Shown: positions 35,820 through 45,289 of the stretch, piece after piece
How positions within the stretch are numbered: the first letter of the stretch is position 1
Layout: every line of letters begins with the position of its first letter
DNA from: Streptosporangiaceae bacterium
Lineage (GTDB): Bacteria > Actinomycetota > Actinomycetes > Streptosporangiales > Streptosporangiaceae
Direction: 5' to 3'
DNA length: 64,000 nt
Assembly (NCBI GenBank): GCA_035606435.1
Contig: DATNFM010000054.1
Location: 3,413 to 67,412, forward strand
The notes under the pieces: model-generated
What the model saw: the letters and a program-made list of their open reading frames with translations, nothing else
Told to the model about the DNA's origin: nothing
The model's database searches: none
Program-made: the position numbers and the translations under genes

Positions 35820-36440
35820 GTGGAGCTTGATCCTAAGGACATCGTCAGGCGCGGCTATGACGCCGTCTCCGTCAGCTACGACCGGGAGTACGGCGGCGCC
35901 ACGAAATATCAGGCCTGGCTCAGCGAGCTGCGCGAGGCCATCCCGGCGGGCGGCACGGTGCTGGACCTCGGCTGCGGCAGCGGGCTGCCGGTCGCGCTGA
36001 ACCTCACCGACGCCGGATTCGCCGTCACCGGCGTCGATATCAGCGACGTGCAGATCAGCCGGGCCAGGGAGCTGGTGCCGCAAGCCGAGTTCATCCGGGC
36101 CGATGTCACGACCGCCCGTTTCGAGCCGGAGTCGTTCGATGCGGTAGTGACGTTCTATGCGCTGATCCACATACCGGTCGACGAGCACCTCCCGCTGCTG
36201 GCCAAGGTCGCGGCCTGGCTCCGGCCAGGCGGCCTGTTCGTGGCCACGACCGGTCATACGGCCTGGACCGGCGTTGAAGAGAACTGGCTCGGCCAGGGCT
36301 CGGCTATGTGGTGGAGTCACGCTGACGCGGCCACGTACCGGTCCTGGATCACCGACTGCGGACTCCGCATCGAGCGGGAGGAGTTCGTGCCAGAAGGCGA
36401 TGTCGGGCACGCGTTCTTCTGGGCCCGGCGCGCGGCTTAG
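35820..36440 (+). CDS. Class I SAM-dependent methyltransferase
   Basis: VLDLGCGSGLPVA motif I; 206 aa. Confidence 0.8.
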   Translation: MELDPKDIVRRGYDAVSVSYDREYGGATKYQAWLSELREAIPAGGTVLDLGCGSGLPVALNLTDAGFAVTGVDISDVQISRARELVPQAEFIRADVTTARFEPESFDAVVTFYALIHIPVDEHLPLLAKVAAWLRPGGLFVATTGHTAWTGVEENWLGQGSAMWWSHADAATYRSWITDCGLRIEREEFVPEGDVGHAFFWARRAA

Positions 36441-36733
36441 ATTGCCTCGTTGACCTGATCCGTCATGGCGGCCAGGTCGCCTAGATCGCCGTAACGGACC
36501 CACATATCCCGGTGCACCTGGTACCAGTCCGTGCTCCTCGGCGTGGTTTCCGCCAGGCGCCGCAGCGCGGCCGCGGCCCGGTCGGCGTCCTCGGCCAGCT
36601 GCCCGCACAGGTTCGCCGCCTCGGGCTCGCGCAGCGCCCGGAGCCCGGTGGCCGTCATCGCGGCCCGCTCGGCGACCTGCGCGACCAAGGCCACCGCTTG
36701 CTCGAACGACAGCCGTCCCGGATAAGAGTTCAT
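36437..36733 (-). CDS. Small hypothetical protein (98 aa)
   Basis: Only the 3'-terminal part (from MNSYPGRLSFEQ) of the 660-aa ORF 36437..38419(-) is taken; the rest is antisense to the peptidase gene. Confidence 0.4.
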   Translation of the reverse strand: MNSYPGRLSFEQAVALVAQVAERAAMTATGLRALREPEAANLCGQLAEDADRAAAALRRLAETTPRSTDWYQVHRDMWVRYGDLGDLAAMTDQVNEAI

Positions 36734-36853
36734 CGTCACCACGTCCCCGCCGCAATGCCAGCACGGTTCCGAATTGAGCTTACTTACTGGCGCGAGACAG
36801 TTAAGCGGCCTGATATACATCAATTGGCTAGCCGCCGCGAATCCGGAGGACCT

Positions 36854-39208
36854 GTGCGGAGAAAATCGCTTAACGGGACGGTGGCCTTGGCCGCCGTCGC
36901 AGCAGTCGTCGCAGCGCTCGGTACGTCGCTGCCCGCCTCGGCCACCTCGGCCGCGCCCATGGCACCGGTGCGTACCACGGCCGCACACCCTATGCCGGCC
37001 ATGGTCAGGGGAACCACCGTGCACCGGGCCGCCCTGCCGGCCGGCGAGCAATACGTGTGCCCGGCCGCGATCAAGCGCGGACAAATGGAGTGCAATTCGA
37101 TCCGCTCCACCCGACCGGTCACCCCCGGTAAGGCGTCCGCCGCGAACGGCAACTACGGACCGGCTCAGCTGCGCAGCGCCTATGCGATCGCCTCGGCGGC
37201 CGCCAAGAAGGGCAAGGGCGTACTGGTCGCGATCGTGGACGCGTTCCGCGATCCGAACCTGGCCTCGGACCTCGCTAAGTACCGTTCGCACTTCCATCTC
37301 AGCGCGTGCACCACGAAGAACGGCTGCCTGAAGATCGTCAACGGAGCGGGCAAGACGAGCCCGCTGCCAAGGGCAGACAAGGGCTGGGCGATCGAAGAGT
37401 CGCTGGACGTGGACATGGTGTCGGCGGTCTGCCCGAACTGCCACATCCTGCTGGTCGAGGCGAAGACCAACGGGACCGCCGACCTCGGGGCGGCCGAAAA
37501 GACGGCGGTCGCCAAGGGCGCGCGGTTCGTGTCCAACAGCTGGTCGGGCCCTGAGTTCTTCGGCGACGACATCTCCAATCCAGACTTCAACCATCCGGGC
37601 GACGTCATCAACTTCGCGGCCGGGGACGCCGCGACCGGCCCGGCCTACCCGACCGATCTCCAGTACGTCACGGCGGTGGGCGGAACGTCGCTGAAGCACG
37701 CCAAGAACAAGCGCGGCTGGACCGAGAGCGCGTGGGGCGTCAACACCGCGTTCGCGGAAGGCACGGCCGGCGGCTGCTCGGTCCAGGAGCCCAAGCCGTC
37801 CTGGCAGCGAGCCGACGCGAGCGCGTCCGCCGGCTGCCTGAACCGCACCGAGAACGACGTGTCCGCGGTCGCCGACCCGAACACCGGCGTGCTGATCTGG
37901 GACAGCTACAAGACCACCCCGTCCGGCCTGCAGGAGATCGGCGGCACCAGCGCCGCGACCCCGATCGTGACGGCGATCGCCGCGCTGGCCGGCACGCCGG
38001 CCAAGGGCTCGTACCCGGCCGAGTACCCGTACCGGCACACCAGTCACCTGTTCGACGTCACCACCGGGGTGAGCGGCAAGTGCGAGTCGTTCCGGCAGTA
38101 CATCTGCCACGCTAAGCGCGGCTTCGACGGGCCGACCGGCCTGGGCACGCCGAACGGGACCGCCGCGTTCGCCAACACCGCTCACCTGGTCACCCTGGTC
38201 GATCCGGGTACCCAGGACGCCGCCACCGGCAGCGCGTTCTCGCTGGGGATCACCGGCCTCGATACCGCCCACGGCACGCTGAAGTGGAGCGCGACCGGCT
38301 TGCCGGCCGGACTGAAGATCAGCGCGAAGGGCAAGATCACCGGCACGCTTCCTGCGAGCCCGGGCACCTCCCACGTCACGGTGACGGCCAAGGACGGCAC
38401 GGTGACCGGCACCACCCACTTCGACATCGTGACCGTCTCATCGCTGACGTCGGCCAGTCCGCCGTCAGGACCGGTAGTGATCACCTCGGCCGACCTCTGC
38501 CTGGACGGCGGCACGAACGTTAGCGGTCAGTCGGTAAAGGTGCAGAACTGCAGCGGACAGAACTTCACCATCACCTCGGGCCCGGCTCCGAACGATGTCC
38601 AGACGATCTCTGTTGGCAATCAGTGCCTTACCGTCGCGGCCACCGGGTCGCAGCACAACGTCACGCTGTCGAACTGCAACAGCGCCCTTCCCCTTTCCCA
38701 GCAATGGCAGTACCTGGGATTCGGCTTCATCTTCAGCCCGCTCACCGGCGGCTGCCTCGCCCCGTCGAGCGCGACCGCTGGCGCCCAGGTTCAGGCCAAG
38801 ACCTGCAACTTCAGCAATGCCAACCAGGAATGGTCGCTGCCGGCCGGGCCGATCACCGTCGGCGGCAGCTCGCTGTGCCTGAACAACCCGAGCGGGACGA
38901 CGATCGATGTCGCCGCCTGCAGCAGTTCGGGCTCAGAGAAGTTCTCGTTCCTTACCGACGGCGTGATTGCCAGCAACAGCGGGATGTGCCTGGCCACCGA
39001 TGGCGGTGACCTGGCCCAGACCGCGATCACCCTGCAGAGCTGCAATGACCAGGACATCTTCCAGATCTGGGTGCCCGGCTCGTTCGGGGAGATCACGGCG
39101 TTTAACTTCAGCCTGTGCATGGCCGTCAAGAACAATGGCGGTGCCGGCACGGCTGTCGTGCAGAACGATTGCTACGGCGATCCGGGCGAGAACTGGGGCA
39201 TCAACTAG
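36854..39208 (+). CDS. Secreted S53 (sedolisin-like) peptidase with Ig-like and ricin-type lectin domains
   Basis: GTG 36854 after GGAGGA; signal peptide; IVDAFRDPN, EESLDVDM and GGTSAATP catalytic regions; C-terminal QxW-type repeats (QQWQY, NQEWSL, FQIWVP). Confidence 0.8.
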   Translation: MRRKSLNGTVALAAVAAVVAALGTSLPASATSAAPMAPVRTTAAHPMPAMVRGTTVHRAALPAGEQYVCPAAIKRGQMECNSIRSTRPVTPGKASAANGNYGPAQLRSAYAIASAAAKKGKGVLVAIVDAFRDPNLASDLAKYRSHFHLSACTTKNGCLKIVNGAGKTSPLPRADKGWAIEESLDVDMVSAVCPNCHILLVEAKTNGTADLGAAEKTAVAKGARFVSNSWSGPEFFGDDISNPDFNHPGDVINFAAGDAATGPAYPTDLQYVTAVGGTSLKHAKNKRGWTESAWGVNTAFAEGTAGGCSVQEPKPSWQRADASASAGCLNRTENDVSAVADPNTGVLIWDSYKTTPSGLQEIGGTSAATPIVTAIAALAGTPAKGSYPAEYPYRHTSHLFDVTTGVSGKCESFRQYICHAKRGFDGPTGLGTPNGTAAFANTAHLVTLVDPGTQDAATGSAFSLGITGLDTAHGTLKWSATGLPAGLKISAKGKITGTLPASPGTSHVTVTAKDGTVTGTTHFDIVTVSSLTSASPPSGPVVITSADLCLDGGTNVSGQSVKVQNCSGQNFTITSGPAPNDVQTISVGNQCLTVAATGSQHNVTLSNCNSALPLSQQWQYLGFGFIFSPLTGGCLAPSSATAGAQVQAKTCNFSNANQEWSLPAGPITVGGSSLCLNNPSGTTIDVAACSSSGSEKFSFLTDGVIASNSGMCLATDGGDLAQTAITLQSCNDQDIFQIWVPGSFGEITAFNFSLCMAVKNNGGAGTAVVQNDCYGDPGENWGIN

Positions 39209-39665
39209 GCGGCCGAAGGGTGCTCCGGGCGCACGCCCGGAGCACCATGACCAGGCGAGCGGGGCCTAAGCGGCGGTGCGGTGGCGGAATGCCCACGGCG
39301 ATGACCAGGGCGGTGGCGATCAGGTTGCGGGCCAGGCTCGCCACGATGTGTCCGACCAGCACGGACGAACTGGCGATCGGCATCGACCTGAACCGGTCCA
39401 CGATCCCGTTGGACATGTCGGTGGCGACAGCCACGGCTGTGGTGCCCGCGCCGAATCCGGCGCAGAGCACGATGAGGCCGGGAACCACGTAGTCGACGTA
39501 CTTGACGCCAGTGTTCAGTGCGCCGCCGAAGACGTAGACGAACAGCAGCATCAGCACCACGGGCAGCATCAGTGCGGTGAAGAACGCTTCCGGGTCGCGC
39601 AGCGACCGGCGGACGCAGCGGCTGACCATGACATTGGCGTCGGAGACGGTGTAGGCGAGGCTCAT
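39201..39665 (-). pseudogene. Truncated ABC-2 (DrrB-like) permease
   Basis: Only about 125 family-like residues, roughly half the usual length, followed by an unrelated tail. The 3' end overlaps the peptidase stop by 8 nt. Confidence 0.55.
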
Positions 39666-40603
39666 CGGGTCAGCTCCATCTGGGTCGTCGGCGCGGTGAG
39701 GGACAGGAAGACGTCGTCGAGGCTCGGGCGGTGGGTGGAGACCTTGGCGACCGGGGCGCCTGCCGCCTCCAACTGGCCGAGCAGGTCGTGCACGTGAGCG
39801 GCGGTCCCGCTTGAGGCAACCTCGATCAGGCGCAGCCGGCTGTCGCAGCGGACCGGATCGAGCTCGAGCAGGGCACGGTCATAGCTCTCGGAGTCGCCGA
39901 ACCGCAGCTGGACCACTTCGGCGCCGACGCTTGACTTCAGCTCGTCGGCGGTGCCCCTGGCCACGATCTGACCGTGGTCGAGAAGAGCGATGGTGTCCGC
40001 GAGTTGATCGGCCTCCTCCAGGTACTGGGTGGTCAGCAAGATGGTCACGCCGTCGTCGGCCAGGTCGCGGACGCTGCCCCAGACCTGCTCACGGCTTCGG
40101 GTGTCGAGCCCGGTCGTCGGCTCGTCCAGGAAGATCAGCTCAGGCCGCTTGATCATGCTGATGGCCAGGTCCAGGCGGCGCTTCAGGCCACCGGAGTAGG
40201 TGCCGGCCCGACGGTCGGCGGCGTCGGTGAGGTCGAAGGTGGCCAGGAGCTCGGCGGTCCTGACTCGCGCCGCGCGACGGCCCAGGTGCAGCAACCGGGC
40301 CATCATCTGCAGGTTCTCGCGACCGGTCAGCTTGTCATCGACGGCCGCGTACTGGCCGGTGAGGCTGATCGCGCCGCGTACCCGGTCCGGATCGCGGAGC
40401 AGGTCGTGGCCGGCGACGGTGGCCGAGCCAGAGTCTGGCCGCACCAGCGTGGCCAGAATCCTGATCATGGTCGTCTTGCCGGCGCCATTCGGTCCGAGAA
40501 GGGCGAAGACGGAGCCGGTCTCGATGGCAAGATCGACGTGATCGAGAGCGTGGTGCCCGCCGAAGGACTTGGAGATCGCCGAGGCATTAACTGTGTATGG
40601 CAT
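39662..40603 (-). CDS. ABC transporter ATP-binding protein (DrrA-like)
   Basis: Walker A GPNGAGKTT; signature YSGGLKRRL; Walker B LIFLDEPT. Confidence 0.9.
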   Translation of the reverse strand: MPYTVNASAISKSFGGHHALDHVDLAIETGSVFALLGPNGAGKTTMIRILATLVRPDSGSATVAGHDLLRDPDRVRGAISLTGQYAAVDDKLTGRENLQMMARLLHLGRRAARVRTAELLATFDLTDAADRRAGTYSGGLKRRLDLAISMIKRPELIFLDEPTTGLDTRSREQVWGSVRDLADDGVTILLTTQYLEEADQLADTIALLDHGQIVARGTADELKSSVGAEVVQLRFGDSESYDRALLELDPVRCDSRLRLIEVASSGTAAHVHDLLGQLEAAGAPVAKVSTHRPSLDDVFLSLTAPTTQMELTR

Positions 40604-40634
40604 ACACTTAACTGTATGCGTCGTACACAGTTAA
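40587..40634. promoter_or_regulatory. Nested palindromes in the ABC/TetR divergent region; TetR operator candidate
   Basis: GTGTATG-G-CATACAC 40593..40607 spans the ABC start codon; TTAACTGT-N11-ACAGTTAA 40608..40634; TTAACTGT also at 40587. Confidence 0.55.
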
Positions 40635-40673
40635 CGTCAAGCTTGTTGGTCCAGCACAGGAAGGAGCACGCCG

Positions 40674-41444
40674 ATGACGGAGCCGGGACGGCCGCCGCTG
40701 CCGCCGGGCCTTGACCTGCTGTGGGGACGGCGCGAGGCCGGCAGCCGGGGACCGAGGCGCGGACTGTCGGTGAGCGACGTTGTCGCGGCCGCGATCCGGG
40801 TAGCCGACGCCGAGGGACTTGAGGCGGTGTCGATGGCGCGGGTGGCTAAGGAGCTTGGCTTCACCACCATGTCGCTGTATCGCTATGTGAGCAGCAAGGA
40901 AGAGCTGCTGCAGCTGATGTGGAACGACAGCGCGCAAGGGTCGAGCGAACTGGTGCTGGACGGCGGCACCTGGCGAGAGCGGCTGAAATCGTGGGCGATC
41001 ACCCAGCGTCGCGTCATCGACCTGCATCCTTGGATCACCCAGATGCCGATGGCCACGCCGCCGCTGGCTCCGAATTCGCTGACCTTCGTGGAGAAGGGAC
41101 TGGAGGCACTCGACGGCTCCGGGCTCGGCGAGGCGGACAAGCTGCGGGTGATCGGGCTTCTCAGCTCGTACACACTGGGCGAGGCCCGGCTGGCCAACGA
41201 CGCGGCCCGGGCCGCGGCCGAGGTCATCGCGGCCGGTGGCAACGTCGCGGACATGTGGACTTTCGAGGGGCTGCTGCGAGAACTGGTCGACGCGGACAGG
41301 TATCCGCTCCTGCACCGGCTGGCTTGGAACGCCGAGGTCGGGGACGCGCGGTCGGGATACGACGAGAGCGCCGAGTTCCTGTTCGGCGTCGATCTCATCT
41401 TGGATGGAGTACAGGCGTTGATTAAGGAGACTAATGGTGAGTGA
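40674..41444 (+). CDS. TetR family transcriptional regulator
   Basis: HTH VSMARVAKELGFTTMSLYRYV; RBS GGAAGGAG; divergent from the ABC pair. Confidence 0.85.
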   Translation: MTEPGRPPLPPGLDLLWGRREAGSRGPRRGLSVSDVVAAAIRVADAEGLEAVSMARVAKELGFTTMSLYRYVSSKEELLQLMWNDSAQGSSELVLDGGTWRERLKSWAITQRRVIDLHPWITQMPMATPPLAPNSLTFVEKGLEALDGSGLGEADKLRVIGLLSSYTLGEARLANDAARAAAEVIAAGGNVADMWTFEGLLRELVDADRYPLLHRLAWNAEVGDARSGYDESAEFLFGVDLILDGVQALIKETNGE

Positions 41445-42267
41445 GAACGCGGCCAGGCTTGCGGTGCTGATCGACGCCGACAACGCCCAGCCGACCATCG
41501 TCGACGAACTGCTGGCCGAGGTTGCCCGGTATGGCACCGCGCACGTCAAGCGCGCCTACGGCGACTGGACCGGGACGAGCCTGAAGGGCTGGAAAGACCG
41601 GCTGCTGGCGCAGTCGATCCAGCCGGTGCAACAGTTCGCCTACACGACCGGCAAGAACGCCACGGACTCGGCGATGGTCATCGACGCCATGGATCTGCTG
41701 TACTCGGGTCGGTTCGACGGCTTCTGCATCGTCTCCAGCGACAGTGATTTCACCCGGCTGGCCGCGCGGCTGCGCGAGTCTGGCCTGACCGTCTACGGGT
41801 TCGGCGAACGCAAGACGCCCAAGGCCTTCGTCGCGGCCTGCGACAAGTTCATCTACATCGAGAACCTGCGCAAGCCGACCGCGGACACGGCGGCCGGAGC
41901 GCCCGGGGCGGCACCGGCGGCCGTACCGCGCCCGTCGGCCGCGCAGCTCAGGCGGGACAGCCCGCTGATGAACCAGCTCCGCGATGCGGTGGAGGCGGCC
42001 TCGGACGACGACGGCTGGGCCGCACTCGGATACGTCGGCACGCTCATCACCAAGCAGCAACCGGACTTCGACTCCCGCAGTTACGGGTACGGCAAGCTGA
42101 GCGACCTGATGACGGCCACCACCGTGTTCGAGCTGGAGCGTCGTAGTACCGCTGACGGGCGACCGGGCGTGATCTACGTCCGGGAGAAGCGGCGGCGCCC
42201 GGCGGCATCGAAGGACACACCCACGTCGGGGAACGCAACAGTAAAGAAGGTTTCTCGTAGTACATAA
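41434..42267 (+). CDS. NYN-domain protein with a C-terminal OST-HTH/LOTUS-like domain
   Basis: AVLIDADNAQ...VKRAYGDW...CIVSSDSDFTRLA NYN signature; AAGGAG RBS; 11-nt overlap with the TetR gene. Confidence 0.75.
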   Translation: MVSENAARLAVLIDADNAQPTIVDELLAEVARYGTAHVKRAYGDWTGTSLKGWKDRLLAQSIQPVQQFAYTTGKNATDSAMVIDAMDLLYSGRFDGFCIVSSDSDFTRLAARLRESGLTVYGFGERKTPKAFVAACDKFIYIENLRKPTADTAAGAPGAAPAAVPRPSAAQLRRDSPLMNQLRDAVEAASDDDGWAALGYVGTLITKQQPDFDSRSYGYGKLSDLMTATTVFELERRSTADGRPGVIYVREKRRRPAASKDTPTSGNATVKKVSRST

Positions 42268-42394
42268 GCTAGATACGGATCCAAATGGTCCTTGCGTACC
42301 GTTTTGGTCGTGTTGTAATTATTTGATACGCCGCCTCGGTAGCGCCTGCTAAAGCGGTGAACATGGGTCCATCCGCCAGTCCCATGGAGCTGAC

Positions 42395-45289
42395 ATGACG
42401 GCCAACAGCGTCGAGTTCGGTGTTCTTGGACCAGTGCAGGCCCTGATCGTCGGCCGGTCGGCGGACTTAGGCGAGCGCAAACAGCGCCTGGTGCTGGCCA
42501 TGCTGGCGCTCGAGGTCAACAAGGTCATCCCGGTCAGCCGATTTGCCGACATCCTCTGGAGCGATTCACCGCCGAACAGCGCCCGCCGGATCATCCAGGC
42601 CCATGTCAGCAGGCTGCGGACGGCGCTGCACGAGGTCGGCGCGGCCGCCGACGGCACGGCGCTCGTCCGGCGCGGCTCTGGCTACCTGCTCGCCACCGAT
42701 CCGGTGAGCGTCGACGCGCACCGATTCCGCTTTTTAGTCGAAGACGCCGAACTTCGAACCGACGATCCTGGCAAGGTCAAGGTGCTGAGCGAGGCTCTGG
42801 CCTTGTGGCGCGGCCCGGCGCTCGCCGACGCGGCACCCGATGACCTGCGTCAGCAGCTGTGCGGCGGCCTCGAAGAGGCACGGCTCATGGCGGTGGAGAA
42901 CCTGCTGGAAACCAGGCTCCGGCTCGGTCATCACCTGCCGGTCCTCGACGAGCTGACCGATCTGGCCGCGCTGCATCCGTACCGGCCGAGGATCACGCGG
43001 TGCCTGATGCTGGCCTTGTACCGGGCCGGCCGGACGGCCGATGCCCTGCGCAGCTTCGAGGTCCTCCGCGACCGGCTGAGGCGAGAACTCGGGCTTGACC
43101 CGCCGGCCGAGCTGACCGAGCTGCACGTCGCCATTTTGCGGGCCGATCCCGGGCTGTCGCACGGCCAGGTGAACCTGGCCGATCCGGCCCCGGCTCAGCT
43201 CCCGGCCGATATCGCCGATTTCGTCGGCCGGGACACCGAACTGGCCGCGCTCGGCCGATTCACCGAAGCCCACCCGCTACACCCCCCGCCCGCCACCCAC
43301 ACCGCCCGGGCCAGCACCGTCATCATCACGGGCGGGGCCGGGGTCGGCAAGACCGCGCTCGCGGTGCACTGGGCTCACCTGGTAGCGGACGACTTTCCTG
43401 ACGGCCAGCTGTACGTCGACCTCCGGGGCTATTCAGGCACCGCCCCGGTCACGACGCTCGACGCACTGATCTCCTTGCTGCATGGCCTAGGCGTGCCGAT
43501 GGCACGGATTCCGGCCGATGAGAGGCAGGCGGCCGCACTGTACCGATCCGAGATGGCCGGCCGGCGAATGATCGTCGTGCTCGACAACGCCCGCAGCGAG
43601 CAGCCCGTCCGGCCGTTGCTGCCGGGCCGATCCAAGTCCGTGACGCTGGTGACCAGCCGGACCGGGCTGACCGGGCTGACCGCCCGGGAGGGCGCGGCCC
43701 GTATCTGCCTGGACCCGCTCAGCACCGACGAGGCGCTGGCTCTGCTGGCGGGCATGATCGGCGCGGTCCGGATCCGCCGCGAGACCGAGCCCGCCGCGGA
43801 ATTGGCCCGGCTGTGCGCCGGACTGCCGCTGGCGCTTCGCATCGCGGCGGCGAGGTTGCTGGCGCTTCCCCACACTCAGATCAAGGAGTACGTGAAGGAG
43901 ATCGCCGACGAGGACGCGTTCGCCTCGCTCCAGGTCGACGGTGACGATTCGGCTAGTGTCTGGACCGCGTTCGACCTTTCTTACCTGGCGCTTGACCCGT
44001 CGTCCAGGCGAGTGTTCCGGCTGCTCGGCGTGATCGGCAGCGGGAACCTGTCGGTGCACGCGATCGCGGCCATGAACGGGGCCACGGCCGCTCACGTCAG
44101 GCACGCGCTCAGCCGGCTGGCCGATGCCCACCTGGTCGAGCAGCATTCTGGCGCCCGGTTCGGCCCGCACGACCTGCTCCGGCGCTACGCGATGGTCAAG
44201 AGCAAGGACGAGGACACCACCCCGGATCGGCAGGCCGCCTTGCTGCGCCTGCTCCGCTGGTACCTGCACGGCGCGGACCAGGCGACCCGGCTCTTCAGTC
44301 CCTTCGCGCTGCGGCAGTTGCCGCCGGTCAGCCCCGCGGGCCAGAAGCTGGAGTTCGCGGGGATCGACGAGGCGCTGGCCTGGCTTGAAAGCGAGCAGGC
44401 CCACATGGTGGAGGCTCTCGTGCGGGCGGCCGACGAGGAGGATGACTCGATCTGCGATCTGGCCGTCCAGCTCGCCCGGCGGCTGCACTCGTTCCTGTTC
44501 AGGCGCGGCCACCTGGCCAGTGATGTCCAGGTCAGCCAGGCGGCCTTGAACGCCGCGGTACGCAGGCACGACCCGGGCGCCGAGGCCTGGGCCTGCATCT
44601 CACTCGGTGCGACCAACGCGCTGCTCGGGCGCGATGACCAGGCCCGGCCCTTGTTCCACCGGGCACTCAAGATCGCCAGGGCCACCACCGACACCTCCCT
44701 GCTGGCGAACTGCATCAGCAACGCGGCCGATGTCTGGTGGCGGGCCGGCGAGATTGACAAGGTCGAAGCGGCGCTGCGGGAAGAGATAGACCTGCGAGTC
44801 GATCTCGACGACGACTACGGCCTGGCGTTCTGCGAGCTCAACCTCGGCGAGCTGTATCGCGGTAAGGCGCTGTACGAGCAGTCTCGCAGCGCCTACGAAA
44901 GATCCATGCGCAAGCTGCGCGCCGTCGGCGACCGGTACGGCGAGTCGCTGGCCCTGCACGGCCTCGGCTGCCTGGAAATGCGGCAGGGACGGCTCGACCA
45001 GGCGGCCGACTCGCTTAACGGCGCGACGGTCATTCTCCGTGAGGTCAAGAACCGGTCCGCGCTCGGCTTCGTTCTGGTCGACCTCGGCCAGGCCTACCGG
45101 CGCCAAGGACAGAGCGGGCAGGCGATGAGCAGCCTTTACGAAGGACTGCGGCTGTGCCGGGAGCTTGGCATGCGCCGCCGGGAGGCCGAATGCCTGCAGG
45201 AGCTGAGCGTCACCCTTGATGAGATCATTCCTGAGCAGGCCGACAGTTACCGGCAGCAGTCGATGGCGATCCTGGGGGAACTGAAGTAA
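42395..45289 (+). CDS. SARP/AfsR-family regulator (OmpR-type wHTH + BTAD + NB-ARC + TPR)
   Basis: N-terminal FGVLGPVQA...RIIQAHVSRLRTAL; BTAD (ALALWRGPALAD); P-loop GGAGVGKTALA; C-terminal TPR-like repeats. Confidence 0.9.
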   Translation: MTANSVEFGVLGPVQALIVGRSADLGERKQRLVLAMLALEVNKVIPVSRFADILWSDSPPNSARRIIQAHVSRLRTALHEVGAAADGTALVRRGSGYLLATDPVSVDAHRFRFLVEDAELRTDDPGKVKVLSEALALWRGPALADAAPDDLRQQLCGGLEEARLMAVENLLETRLRLGHHLPVLDELTDLAALHPYRPRITRCLMLALYRAGRTADALRSFEVLRDRLRRELGLDPPAELTELHVAILRADPGLSHGQVNLADPAPAQLPADIADFVGRDTELAALGRFTEAHPLHPPPATHTARASTVIITGGAGVGKTALAVHWAHLVADDFPDGQLYVDLRGYSGTAPVTTLDALISLLHGLGVPMARIPADERQAAALYRSEMAGRRMIVVLDNARSEQPVRPLLPGRSKSVTLVTSRTGLTGLTAREGAARICLDPLSTDEALALLAGMIGAVRIRRETEPAAELARLCAGLPLALRIAAARLLALPHTQIKEYVKEIADEDAFASLQVDGDDSASVWTAFDLSYLALDPSSRRVFRLLGVIGSGNLSVHAIAAMNGATAAHVRHALSRLADAHLVEQHSGARFGPHDLLRRYAMVKSKDEDTTPDRQAALLRLLRWYLHGADQATRLFSPFALRQLPPVSPAGQKLEFAGIDEALAWLESEQAHMVEALVRAADEEDDSICDLAVQLARRLHSFLFRRGHLASDVQVSQAALNAAVRRHDPGAEAWACISLGATNALLGRDDQARPLFHRALKIARATTDTSLLANCISNAADVWWRAGEIDKVEAALREEIDLRVDLDDDYGLAFCELNLGELYRGKALYEQSRSAYERSMRKLRAVGDRYGESLALHGLGCLEMRQGRLDQAADSLNGATVILREVKNRSALGFVLVDLGQAYRRQGQSGQAMSSLYEGLRLCRELGMRRREAECLQELSVTLDEIIPEQADSYRQQSMAILGELK

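Noticed and set aside
36437-38419. 660-aa minus-strand ORF opposite the S53 peptidase gene
   Set aside because: All but the last 98 codons are antisense to a gene with clear catalytic motifs. Only 36437..36733 was kept, with low confidence.
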